Positions 40,379 to 49,264 of a stretch of DNA of 64,000 nt are shown here, piece after piece; position 1 is the stretch's first letter, and each line of letters begins with the position of its first letter. Under the pieces are notes generated by a model that had not been told where the DNA came from, ran no database searches, and saw only the letters and a program-made list of their open reading frames with translations. Both the position numbers and the translations under genes were made by a program. Where the stretch lies: the sequence record NC_070985.1; one strand, given 5' to 3'. Source of the stretch: Escherichia phage O18-011.

Positions 40379-41011
40379 TTACTTACAATCACCAACGGAC
40401 AGGTTGAACATCTTACTCAGAGCAAACGTCTCACCTTCCCACGGAAGTTCTACACCCTTCTCTTCCTCTAAAACAATAGAGCCGTCGACCAAAAATTTTT
40501 CGTAGTCTCGCAGTGCGTCGTCTACTAACTCACTCTTGTGAATCCACGTAATTGTTTCTGTGCCATCTTCTTCAATTCGAACATCACGATGCCATTCATC
40601 TTTGGAGGTAATGTAGTCATGGAGCATTTCATATTCAGCTTCTTCAATCATCTCAATCATTGCACGAGCATAGTCAGGGAGGTGATCATGTTTAGTAGAT
40701 TCGTATTCAACTACTTCCAGAGTAGATGGAGTTTTACGCTTAACCCCTTCAAGCACTTTCACACGATCTTTATAATAGTTCGAGTATTTATCACTAACGG
40801 TGTCAATCAGCATGGGACGATATCGTTCTACTAAACTCATCATATCTTTCTTCTCCGTAACAGTTGGTTTAAGAATACTTCCACTATATAAATCTTGTAC
40901 AGCTAGCCCCGAAACATTTCCCATGGTTTCTAAATGCTGTAAGCTACAACCAGAGCGACATAGCTGTGAATTATACTCGTTAAGGTCCATCGCTTTGATT
41001 AAATTATTCAT
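40379..41011 (-). CDS. hypothetical protein
   Basis: ORF track. Confidence 0.5.
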   Translation of the reverse strand: MNNLIKAMDLNEYNSQLCRSGCSLQHLETMGNVSGLAVQDLYSGSILKPTVTEKKDMMSLVERYRPMLIDTVSDKYSNYYKDRVKVLEGVKRKTPSTLEVVEYESTKHDHLPDYARAMIEMIEEAEYEMLHDYITSKDEWHRDVRIEEDGTETITWIHKSELVDDALRDYEKFLVDGSIVLEEEKGVELPWEGETFALSKMFNLSVGDCK

Positions 41012-41258
41012 CTGTCTCTCCCTTATTGTAATCTTTATATGTTTCTACTTTGTAAGTGCGGAATGCTCTGAAGAAGAGCCAACCTAAGCTACTCACATCA
41101 ATTGTAATATCGAAATCTGTTTCATCATCTAAGTCAACAAGACGTCCTAGGCATGTAGCTTCCATCCCTTCTTCAGAGTCACTATTGATTGCGAAAGCGT
41201 ATGTCTCCGTTCTGAACCGAGGCACCATCTCTGATAAAAAGTCTAGTATTAAATTCAT
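41004..41258 (-). CDS. hypothetical small acidic protein
   Basis: ORF track; SD AAAGGAG upstream. Confidence 0.45.
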   Translation of the reverse strand: MNLILDFLSEMVPRFRTETYAFAINSDSEEGMEATCLGRLVDLDDETDFDITIDVSSLGWLFFRAFRTYKVETYKDYNKGETDE

Positions 41259-41365
41259 AATTCATCTCCTTTCTTTATTCCCAACAAGTCAGCGGCTATG
41301 CAACCAAACACAGCAACAATAGGAACAGTGGCAAAAAGAATTAAACCAAGTAGGAACCATCCCAT
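41255..41365 (-). CDS. small single-TM membrane peptide (36 aa)
   Basis: ATG 41365; stop overlaps next start (ATGA); hydrophobic core FLLGLILFATVPIVAVFGCIAA. Confidence 0.3.
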   Translation of the reverse strand: MGWFLLGLILFATVPIVAVFGCIAADLLGIKKGDEL

Positions 41366-41412
41366 ACTTTTGTCCTCTGAGTAAAAATATAAAGGGCTAG
41401 GCATATTTACCC

Positions 41413-41518
41413 CGTAAAGGCCACGTCATCTTTGATGACTACCCTCATACCAACAACCCGTGATCGCTGATGTAAAGGGGACTTCATGTTAAGGCACTGT
41501 CATAAAGGCCATGTCACA
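41413..41518. repeat. three copies of a ~16-mer (TAAAGGCCACGTCAT-like)
   Basis: gTAAAGGCCACGTCAt at 41413, gTAAAGGGGACTTCAt at 41471, aTAAAGGCCATGTCAc at 41503; upstream of the - strand late block. Confidence 0.5.
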
Positions 41519-42010
41519 TTAAGTCCTGTCCACCCACGTACTGAATCTCAACTTACCACATTCCCTACACCTCCATGTTGATAGGTAGAGACCGTGTATT
41601 CTTTCATCCCCGTAAGCTTTACGAAGAAGATAGTAATTGTGCTTACACTTCATCCGTCTAAATACTTTAATCAGATTCATTCTCTACCTCTCTTCTAATA
41701 CTTATTAATTTTATAACTGTTCTAGCAGCATCCATTCTTTGCCAATCAGATAGGGATGTATCATTCATTCTGTCTGAGTGTTCAACTATAAATTTATTCA
41801 ATTCATCAATAACTTTCTGAGTCATATTCAACCTTATATATAAGAGTTTAAAATACAGATTTATAAAAAATAAAGATGTATATATCTGTTTAAAATTCTG
41901 ATTTGACCGAGTGGGGCTAGGCGCTCTGCGGCGAATTGTTAAAAAGGGGGAGTCCTCATTTAAAAAAGGGGTATTGGCAATGCCTTTACATCCCTATCAA
42001 CGTTTCAGCG

Positions 42011-42457
42011 TTTCCCCGTGCTTACTCCCCGTTATTCTTTCCCCGTATATGTCATCTATTACATTACCTACCCGTTAAATTAGTACCCCTTTACTGAATG
42101 GATGAAAGGCTAGCACTGATAGCAAACTAGTTAAGGCTTGATTATAACCATGACAATAATACCGTATTGTTACCATTCAGCTCCCCATAGTTTGAATGTA
42201 AATAGTTTCAATGGTAATGATTATGAGTGCAATAATGATGTATGTATTAATTAAGTGGATGATTGTGTTTCTTTTATTACTTTCTTTTTCAGCGTGCATG
42301 AGCGTAGCGAATGGTCTTTTCTTTTATGAGTTTACATTAATAGTTAACTAATTATTTAAGTGGTATATTATTACCGCACTATCTGGCATGTTTCCCCGTG
42401 GTCTGTTCTGCGGTTGTTGTATGCCCCGTCCTATATAGTAGAAATAGTTTACCCGTG
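42011..42457. repeat. dispersed TTTCCCCGTG-like repeats in non-coding region
   Basis: TTTCCCCGTG at 42011 and 42391, TTTCCCCGTA at 42038, TTTACCCGTG at 42448, plus shorter CCCCGT copies. Confidence 0.5.
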
Positions 42458-42525
42458 GTCGCTTGTCTTCTTTGTTAAGTAGTAGTAAATTGAAGCCTAT
42501 TGATTGAGTGATTGGAGTGATAAAA

Positions 42526-42699
42526 ATGATTATCCTAGTAATGATGGCAATGGCTGTAGTCTTTCCTTTACTTGTTCTAATCGTTTGTGAAGTAGTTGAG
42601 TCGTTCACGGATAGCAAGTTAAGCCCAAGAAACAAACCGAGTAAGTTTACTGGCGCTAAATTTAGTAGCAAGAAAGTTAGAAAGATGGTTGCAATGTAA
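42526..42699 (+). CDS. small membrane protein (57 aa)
   Basis: ATG 42526 after GGAGTGA; hydrophobic N-part, basic C-tail; shares 15-mer GTGATAAAAATGATT at its start with 43529 ORF. Confidence 0.35.
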   Translation: MIILVMMAMAVVFPLLVLIVCEVVESFTDSKLSPRNKPSKFTGAKFSSKKVRKMVAM

Positions 42700-42752
42700 G
42701 AAAGCGTGTCCTATTATATCCCTATCTATTACATATCAATGAGGCTTCACAA

Positions 42753-43244
42753 ATGACTAAACCGATGCAGATGATTAATCTGGCAAGTTATGCGCTAGTC
42801 GCCGCGATCGGTGTTAGTGCGCTGGTCACATCTCTTTCTGATAAGGCTATCGCTGGCCCTACTTCTGCAACTAATGCCGCTGATGTTTTCGCTAGTTCCA
42901 TCAATAAAGGTTGGATGATTTGCAACGGTGCGGATAGTGATGGAAGTGCTATTGTGTTAAAAGTGAAATTTAGTAACGTTACCAGTGAAGGCGTTCTCTT
43001 TCAATCTAAGACGTTGGATAATCAGCCTAACAGTGATCTAGTTCTCAAGCGTACTGATAATGATTCTGATATGGTGACGTATGGCACTGTAAAACGTTAC
43101 GAAGACGTTAAAGCTGTAACCAATCTAGTGAGTTATGGCCCGGTTAAAAAGTCGATGATCGCCACCACGGTTTACAATAATGCTGATAATGCTGTTTATA
43201 CCGTTTACATTAATTTAGCCAACTGCATCAAGGCCAGCAAATAA
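42753..43244 (+). CDS. secreted/periplasmic protein, function unknown
   Basis: Signal-peptide-like N-terminus MINLASYALVAAIGVSALVTSLSDKAIA; G/C-richer codons than neighbours. Confidence 0.5.
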   Translation: MTKPMQMINLASYALVAAIGVSALVTSLSDKAIAGPTSATNAADVFASSINKGWMICNGADSDGSAIVLKVKFSNVTSEGVLFQSKTLDNQPNSDLVLKRTDNDSDMVTYGTVKRYEDVKAVTNLVSYGPVKKSMIATTVYNNADNAVYTVYINLANCIKASK

Positions 43245-43271
43245 GTAACCAATTTTCAGGAGTAACAAAAA

Positions 43272-43523
43272 ATGAGTAACAAAGTGATCAAATTATCCAG
43301 CGGTGTTTCTTGTTTTGTTTGTGATACTTTTATCGCGTTCGGCTTAAAAGAAGGTGACGTGATACTTCCTACAGTTGCCTTTTGTTCCATGAGTTTTAGC
43401 GAGGCCAAAAGATGGCTCCAATTGGTGCGCATTGATATTAACCGCGATGACTTTCGTTCAATTTATGTTGACGGTGATTTGTCACTTGCTGGTCTTCTGG
43501 ATTGTGATTTGCCAAAATGGTGA
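43272..43523 (+). CDS. hypothetical protein
   Basis: ORF track; SD AGGAG upstream. Confidence 0.5.
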   Translation: MSNKVIKLSSGVSCFVCDTFIAFGLKEGDVILPTVAFCSMSFSEAKRWLQLVRIDINRDDFRSIYVDGDLSLAGLLDCDLPKW

Positions 43524-43528
43524 TAAAA

Positions 43529-43615
43529 ATGATTCATGATTATTTTTTGCGTTGTTTGTTCGTTGTTACAGTGGCGTTATTCGTCGCTGATATGCTTTAT
43601 TCTTATATCATCTGA
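43529..43615 (+). CDS. small hydrophobic peptide (28 aa)
   Basis: ATG 43529 in the same 15-mer context as 42526; single hydrophobic helix. Confidence 0.25.
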   Translation: MIHDYFLRCLFVVTVALFVADMLYSYII

Positions 43616-43645
43616 CTAGAAGCGTAATGATTTAAAACCTTCCTG

Positions 43646-43675
43646 AAAGCCTCGCCATGAGGCTTTTTTCTTTTC
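43646..43675 (+). terminator. rho-independent terminator
   Basis: AAGCCTC-gccat-GAGGCTT followed by TTTTCTTTTC. Confidence 0.6.
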
Positions 43676-43831
43676 TAAGGTGATTGTATGCCTTACTCCC
43701 TTTTAGCTCGCTGTAGTGCGTTTTAGGCCGCCTATTGTTGCATTATAAGCCGTTTCCTATGGTGTAACGCGTTCGCCCGCTCTTTTATCTTCCCCATAGT
43801 GAAAAAGTTTAAAATATTTTGCTTTACCCTA

Positions 43832-43859
43832 TTGCACCTCATGAAAGTTAGCGTATACT
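43832..43859 (+). promoter_or_regulatory. candidate early promoter P0 (sigma70-like)
   Basis: TTGCAC-16 nt-TATACT with A/T-rich upstream tract; weaker match than P1 and P3. Confidence 0.35.
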
Positions 43860-43907
43860 GATTTTCATCGGGTACGATGTAAAACATACAAGGGCAAGAA
43901 ATTGCCC

Positions 43908-43920
43908 CGCTCTTTAAAAA
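43908..43920 (+). promoter_or_regulatory. boxA-like element 1
   Basis: CGCTCTTTAAAAA; compare lambda nut/rrn boxA consensus CGCTCTT(T)A. Confidence 0.5.
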
Positions 43921-43957
43921 TCAGGCTAGAAAGTGAAAAAAATACTTGAAAAAGTAT

Positions 43958-43985
43958 TTGACAACTGAAAAGCCTAACCTATAAT
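43958..43985 (+). promoter_or_regulatory. early promoter P1 (sigma70 consensus)
   Basis: TTGACA-16 nt-TATAAT, A-rich UP-like tract upstream. Confidence 0.6.
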
Positions 43986-44020
43986 GAGTGTACAAGGTCA
44001 GCGATGACCTAAAAAAATCC

Positions 44021-44033
44021 CGCTCTTTAAAAA
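44021..44033 (+). promoter_or_regulatory. boxA-like element 2
   Basis: CGCTCTTTAAAAA, preceded by hairpin AGGTCA-gcga-TGACCT (43995-44010). Confidence 0.5.
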
Positions 44034-44106
44034 CTTATCGTCTTGCCCTTTCGCATAGAATCAAGCGAGATAAGGGAAGAGAATAAAAGAAGACGATAAA
44101 AAGAGT

Positions 44107-44134
44107 TTGACAAGCTAACACGACGTGTTAAGCT
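44107..44134 (+). promoter_or_regulatory. candidate early promoter P2
   Basis: Perfect -35 TTGACA with A-rich upstream tract; -10 region weak (TAAGCT). Confidence 0.35.
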
Positions 44135-44148
44135 GTAAATGCAGTAAC

Positions 44149-44161
44149 CGCTCTTTAACAA
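44149..44161 (+). promoter_or_regulatory. boxA-like element 3
   Basis: CGCTCTTTAACAA, identical to the E. coli rrn boxA core as I recall it. Confidence 0.55.
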
Positions 44162-44263
44162 TATGAATCATGAGTTAAGCCTTATCGCTTAATCTTCAAT
44201 CAAATAAAGCTGGTTGATATATCCTCCCAATAGCGGGAACGATGAAAAAGATTAAAAAAGTGA

Positions 44264-44292
44264 TTGACGGCGGAAGCAAAATGATTCATAAT
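44264..44292 (+). promoter_or_regulatory. early promoter P3 (sigma70-like)
   Basis: TTGACG-17 nt-CATAAT; downstream ATAATGAGYGTAC shared with P1. Confidence 0.55.
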
Positions 44293-44385
44293 GAGCGTAC
44301 TCACTAAGCAGATCACCGCTTCAGTGAAAAAGCGAAACAACGGCTAACAGTTGCGTAGTGTGAGAAAGCACACTGACAGATTTAC

Positions 44386-44398
44386 CGCTCTTTAATAA
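44386..44398 (+). promoter_or_regulatory. boxA-like element 4
   Basis: CGCTCTTTAATAA, preceded by hairpin GTGTG-agaaag-CACAC. Confidence 0.5.
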
Positions 44399-45222
44399 TT
44401 TAAACATTCCTCTATATCGGTTAAATATGTTTGATGATAATAACCATCGGAAAACATACCAGATAAAACGGCGTAAAACTCCCTAAAACATCAGGGTAAA
44501 CAGTTTTTACAATCCCTTAACTGGAAAAGTCGCCACTGATAAGCGGATTCATTGAGTACACGCAACGGTTTAAGCTAATCGCCCACGGTTAAGGGTAGCG
44601 GCGGCCATCGCTAACAAGGTGCTACAGTGAAAGAAGCTAATCAGGGCAGACAAGTCCGACAAATTAACGCCCAATTGAGGGCGGTGGGGAATGGTTAAAA
44701 GGTGGCAAATTGCTATTTAACAATAAGGTTTAGTGTGAACGTTTACGATGCGAACGGCTTGAGATTCGTCTTACGATGAAAGCACATAGTCGGTTTATGT
44801 AGTAAACTTGCCGAAAGATATAAAACGCCGGAATATTAGGCGGTTAGTGACTTTTTCGCAATAGTATCCCGTAGTGGGCGATGACTAGCGACAAAGAGCT
44901 AATACAAAAGGATAGGCGGGAGCGAAAGCAAAGTAGACGATATTGCCAACGGTTACGATAAAAGTAACTAATTAGAGTTGGACGCACTGCCTTATTGTGA
45001 TGATTGATCATCGCTACGCAATCCGGCTTTATTTATAGCGGAAAATTAAAGCGTACCAGATGAAACATCACGGATAAGGGGGCGGCAAGGTTAACTCCTG
45101 ATAAGACCGCCCCACTTACCTATAAGCGTTTACAGTGAGCGTTTATAGTTAAGTCAATAGTGACTTAAAAGGCTCATAGCGAGCGGGGGCAATAGTGCCC
45201 TTACAATTGAAAGGTGAATATC

Positions 45223-46122
45223 ATGGCTAAAATTTTCAATCTGGTAAAAGAATCTGGCTTTAACGCACTTGCTAACAACATTCGTAGTAATAACGCGGCG
45301 ATTAAACAAGACGTTTCTAATTTTCTGTTAGGGCACTTGCAGCACTTCCGCAGTAACGGTAAAAAGCTGGACGTATTGCAGTCGGCAGTTGATTTTCTGT
45401 TAACCGAACGTTTCCGCGATATGGACGTGATCGCCACTGCAATTACTTTCTTAACTCCCATCAAGTTTAACACCGATGCGGCAAACGGTCGTAAAAAGTG
45501 GATTAATCTGGAAGGTGAAGCGAAAGCGAAAGAAGACGCGAAAGAAGCGCAAATTAAGGCCAAAATGGAACAAAACCGCGCTCGCTGGTCAAACGCTTTC
45601 GAAAACTTTGCTTTAGGTCGTGAAATTGAAGTCGATAATCCTAACTTTTACAAGGGTTGCAATGACAACGTGGCGGCACATCTGCAAATCCCGGCGAAAA
45701 ACAAGGAAGATTTTAACCAAGATATTTACGCTTTAGTTGAACGCTTGAATGCAATCCGTATTGAAGCCAAATTGCTGGCTGATGAGCGCAACGGCGCTAC
45801 CAGTGACAATACCATCGCTTTGAGTGAAGAAGTGGGCAAGGTTAAGAAGTCCTTTGATTCACTCATCAAGAAAGTCACGGCTTCAACGGTAGCGATCTCT
45901 GACGATTATCTGATGAACGCATCAAGCAAGGAGCTGGAATCACTCGATTCATACGCTGATGAAATGGAAAAGACTATTGCAGCTATGCAGGAGAAGTTAG
46001 AAAGTCTGCGCGGTCGTATCTCTTCAACGGTTGCTACCCGTACCGAACAAGCGGCGAAAGAAGAAGAGGAAGAAGTATTGCGCAAGGCAGCTGAAATTAT
46101 GGCGGCACGTCAGGCAGCATAA
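45223..46122 (+). CDS. first early protein, function unknown
   Basis: ATG 45223 after AAAGGTG; Lys/Glu-rich helical protein; followed by strong terminator. Confidence 0.6.
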   Translation: MAKIFNLVKESGFNALANNIRSNNAAIKQDVSNFLLGHLQHFRSNGKKLDVLQSAVDFLLTERFRDMDVIATAITFLTPIKFNTDAANGRKKWINLEGEAKAKEDAKEAQIKAKMEQNRARWSNAFENFALGREIEVDNPNFYKGCNDNVAAHLQIPAKNKEDFNQDIYALVERLNAIRIEAKLLADERNGATSDNTIALSEEVGKVKKSFDSLIKKVTASTVAISDDYLMNASSKELESLDSYADEMEKTIAAMQEKLESLRGRISSTVATRTEQAAKEEEEEVLRKAAEIMAARQAA

Positions 46123-46145
46123 GTAAGACAATTCTAATAAACATG

Positions 46146-46181
46146 AGGCGCTATCTTAACGGGTAGCGCCTTTTCTTTTAT
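46146..46181 (+). terminator. rho-independent terminator
   Basis: AGGCGCTA-loop-TAGCGCCT followed by TTTCTTTTAT. Confidence 0.65.
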
Positions 46182-46233
46182 CAGTGCATTGATTCAGTGC
46201 ATTAATCAAAGAATATAATCAAAGGTGACGATC

Positions 46234-46452
46234 ATGTTAATTACGCATACCACGATTTATCGGAATCTTGTCAACGGTCAACATTACCGACTATCTAAAA
46301 AGTATGGCGTTGAATGTAAATGTGCTATTACCGGTGAATGGTATCCGTCGCCAATGAAGATTGAAACGTTGGAACGTGATGCTGTTAGTTACACTATCAC
46401 GCAAGAAACAACGTTAGGCCGTATCTTGAGAAAGATGGGATTAAGAAAATGA
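46234..46452 (+). CDS. hypothetical small protein
   Basis: ATG 46234, 8 nt after AAAGG; track ORF 46225. Confidence 0.45.
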   Translation: MLITHTTIYRNLVNGQHYRLSKKYGVECKCAITGEWYPSPMKIETLERDAVSYTITQETTLGRILRKMGLRK

Positions 46453-46673
46453 TATTCAGTAGTAATTTTGGTAAGTGTCCTATTTGTGAGAAACATCGCA
46501 GCACGGGAAACCATCGCAAATGTAGTAAGATATTACAGCGACGCCGTGATCACAAGCATTGGGATACTGTACACACTAACCAGCGAAAAGAAGAAGTTAA
46601 AGCAATGGCTGTTAAAGCATCTTTTGCTCAATCCACTCGTATTGAACATCTTCAAAGGTATCAATCACTATGA
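46449..46673 (+). CDS. small basic zinc-ribbon-like protein
   Basis: ORF track; CPIC motif; start overlaps upstream stop. Confidence 0.4.
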   Translation: MIFSSNFGKCPICEKHRSTGNHRKCSKILQRRRDHKHWDTVHTNQRKEEVKAMAVKASFAQSTRIEHLQRYQSL

Positions 46674-46879
46674 TCACTAACATTTCAGAATTTAAGAAAG
46701 CTCCTTCCAGACTGTTAGGCCGTCGTGTTGTATATCTTTACAGCAATAAAGGTAAATGCACAACCGGAAGGATTACAACGGTGAGTAGTGCCAATAAGAA
46801 ACTACTAAAACTATGCGTAACTATGGATGACGGCACAATCCTACTACGCAGTTGGAAGTCTTTTAGTTTACTTGATTGA
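46670..46879 (+). CDS. hypothetical small protein
   Basis: ORF track; SD AAGGTA; start overlaps upstream stop. Confidence 0.45.
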   Translation: MITNISEFKKAPSRLLGRRVVYLYSNKGKCTTGRITTVSSANKKLLKLCVTMDDGTILLRSWKSFSLLD

Positions 46880-46949
46880 ATTGTTTGTTCAAGCCTATCC
46901 CTATGATGGGCTTGCCCGATATAATTTATCATTAAAAAGGAATAAGATT

Positions 46950-47393
46950 ATGGCTAAATCTAAAATCAGCATGAAGGGCGGGCGTTGTTTTTCTATCTCT
47001 GAACTGGAGAAAGAGAAGCCAAAGGCAACCAATCACGTCAGTAAGCGTAGTTTAAAACGTCGTGCTGCAAGGGCTGAAGCTGAATCTCATGTTCCTTCTA
47101 GTGTGGCAAAACGTGTAGGCCATCGTGTCCATCGTGCTGATGCGTTATTGTTAGCCGATCATAAACGTTCTTTGTTAAAGAGCGGGGGAGCTAAAACAGA
47201 AGAGGAGAAGAAGTTAGAAATCTTCTGTAATGGTCGCACCCGTGGTAAACAGAAGTTTAAGGGTAGCACGAAAGACCCGCAAGCTTTCCCTAAGACTAGC
47301 CAGTGTGCGCCTGATGTTTTCTACGCAGACAGTAAACATAAATGGGACGTTGAGAAATACATTGACCCCATCAAAGAGGCAAGGGTTAAGTAG
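46950..47393 (+). CDS. basic protein, function unknown
   Basis: ATG 46950 after AAAAAGGAATAAG; Lys/Arg-rich. Confidence 0.5.
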   Translation: MAKSKISMKGGRCFSISELEKEKPKATNHVSKRSLKRRAARAEAESHVPSSVAKRVGHRVHRADALLLADHKRSLLKSGGAKTEEEKKLEIFCNGRTRGKQKFKGSTKDPQAFPKTSQCAPDVFYADSKHKWDVEKYIDPIKEARVK

Positions 47394-47474
47394 TAGGACT
47401 ATAGCCCCCTCTTTTAGTACTATGACGCTCTTTCTGTAGCGTCGTGCCCCCCTCCCCATTTGAAGCTTCCGCAT

Positions 47475-47498
47475 AGCCGCCTTTGAGCGGCTTTTTGC
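47475..47498 (+). terminator. rho-independent terminator
   Basis: AGCCGC-ctttga-GCGGCT followed by TTTTGCG. Confidence 0.5.
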
Positions 47499-47559
47499 GT
47501 TGCTGTAAGTGCATTTGCGAGTGTATTTATAGCAACGGTCATGTGTTGCTTTCAGGTTT

Positions 47560-47587
47560 GCCCCGGCTACGGCTGGGGCTTTTTTAT
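47560..47587 (+). terminator. rho-independent terminator (second of tandem pair)
   Basis: GCCCCGGC-tacg-GCTGGGGC followed by TTTTTTATG. Confidence 0.6.
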
Positions 47588-47634
47588 GCCCGTAAAACAG
47601 GGGGTAGTAAGTTCTGATAACAACGGCCCAGCTA

Positions 47635-48024
47635 ATGTTGACATTGACTATTTATTATGAGGCAGGGAACCAGCCAACCGCATGTAAAGCTATGGTTGCG
47701 GATACCGTAATAAACAGAATGGCCCAACGAAAACTGACCGCTGAACAGGTGATAAGACAAAATAACCAGTTTGAGTGGATTCCGGTACTATTAAAACAGG
47801 AGAAACCTTATAAACGTTATGTAAAGCTGATTCGTGATAAAAATCCGATGACTAAGCAAGCCATTGGAGAAAGCGAGCGACTTGCTAAACGTGCCCTTAA
47901 TAAGAATTATGTTCCGCTGTATAGTGGGACTTACTTTCAGAGTAAGAGCGAAGGGGTGCCAAAATGGTATGCCAATCCTATGTATTGTGGTGATTTAGTG
48001 TTCGATAATAGCTCTAGGGAATAA
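47635..48024 (+). CDS. SleB-like cell-wall hydrolase domain protein
   Basis: IYYEAGNQP...MVADTVINRMA resembles the SleB-family motif (IYGEARGE...VAQVVLNRV); no clear SD, start uncertain. Confidence 0.45.
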   Translation: MLTLTIYYEAGNQPTACKAMVADTVINRMAQRKLTAEQVIRQNNQFEWIPVLLKQEKPYKRYVKLIRDKNPMTKQAIGESERLAKRALNKNYVPLYSGTYFQSKSEGVPKWYANPMYCGDLVFDNSSRE

Positions 48025-48223
48025 TCACTAGTGCCAGATTTGACAAACTAAATTCCTTTATAAACCAACCACTTAGTAAATTTATTGAAAAAGATGGTAG
48101 TATTCTGGGACTATGGGTAATGCTCTGTATATAGACCCTTTGAAAATTTCTTAGAAAATAAGTTTACTAAATATAACTTACTTAAATAATATTACTTTTA
48201 ATCTCTGATAAAGGGTAAATAAT

Positions 48224-48520
48224 ATGACTTTAGAAGTATATAAATTCCTTTTTGTAAGCTGTTTAACTATCAGCGTTATAGGATTTATTGTTCTCAGAAA
48301 CAAAGCAGCAAGCTGGGAGAGAATGTATAAGTCCCTAGTCCGAGTAGATGAGATGTATAATGAGAAAGTTAAAGAAACTCTTAACGATCTTATTATGCAA
48401 GTAGAGGACAGAAACAAGCGTCTTCAGAGTCTCAACCATGAAGTATTGCGCCTTGCTCGTGCTAATGAAGACTTGCGAGTAGCCATTGCTAAACAGCAGG
48501 AGATTAACAATGATAATTGA
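48224..48520 (+). CDS. membrane-anchored coiled-coil protein
   Basis: N-terminal TM helix FLFVSCLTISVIGFIVL followed by heptad-like charged region. Confidence 0.45.
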   Translation: MTLEVYKFLFVSCLTISVIGFIVLRNKAASWERMYKSLVRVDEMYNEKVKETLNDLIMQVEDRNKRLQSLNHEVLRLARANEDLRVAIAKQQEINNDN

Positions 48521-48746
48521 TATGAACAACGCCCCAAAGGTTTTAACTCTTGGGGATTTAGAATCAGGTGATGTATTCCAGTTCCCTCTGGATGGGGAGA
48601 ATTATTATATGTTATCTAGTCAGAAGTTTGGGACAACAGACAAGAGAAGTTATATCAATCTTTCCTGTGGTGTTATTGCAATGGATGAAGGTAATACAGT
48701 CATCAAGAAGATCAACAATGCTCGGCTTACCAATAAGGTGGATTAA
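48510..48746 (+). CDS. small protein family member 1 (GDVF / YYM / NL.TG family)
   Basis: ATG 48510 after AGGAG; motifs GDVFQF, YYML, INLSCG. Confidence 0.5.
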   Translation: MIIDMNNAPKVLTLGDLESGDVFQFPLDGENYYMLSSQKFGTTDKRSYINLSCGVIAMDEGNTVIKKINNARLTNKVD

Positions 48747-48965
48747 ATGGAAATTAAAGTAGTTGACTATCCTAAATATGCAAATGCAGAAGATATTAAG
48801 GGTGGTGATGTTTTCTCTTATGATAAACGTTTCTGGCTGATGCTAGAAGATAAAACCCCTGACGGTTTACGTAAGGCTGCCAATCTGGGCACTGGTTATG
48901 TTGAAGTCTTCGGCCTATCAACCACTGTTATGCCACGTCCTGATCTGTGTTTGACTCAAAAGTAA
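48747..48965 (+). CDS. small protein family member 2
   Basis: SD AAGGTGG; motifs GDVFSY, FWLML, ANLGTG. Confidence 0.55.
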   Translation: MEIKVVDYPKYANAEDIKGGDVFSYDKRFWLMLEDKTPDGLRKAANLGTGYVEVFGLSTTVMPRPDLCLTQK

Positions 48966-49264
48966 CACCGACTTATAGCCCTTGTATTTATCAGAGGGCT
49001 ATGTGAGGGTGTTCCTCATTAACTTATTAAATCAGGCATATGCCACACCGCTAGGGAGAGCTTGCTCGAACATCCGGTGTTAGACTAAAACCTGTTAATT
49101 TTCGAAAGGCTTTCCGATATGTAGGGGTACGTATTGGTTTGGGATTCAGGAGACTTCCTAGGGGTAGGGAGTCTTCACCAGTTTGTAGAGTAGGTGGCTC
49201 TATTGTAAGAGTCATCCGCTATATCAACTGGCAATAATGCCTCCACTAACAAAGAGAGATAGGT

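Noticed and set aside
41400-42460. Repeats in the junction region as a CRISPR array
   Set aside because: Repeats are short (10-16 nt), irregularly spaced and not separated by uniform spacers; no cas genes.
42348-42671. 107 aa - strand ORF in the junction region
   Set aside because: Low-complexity hydrophobic translation, antisense to the better-supported small + strand gene at 42526-42699; no RBS.
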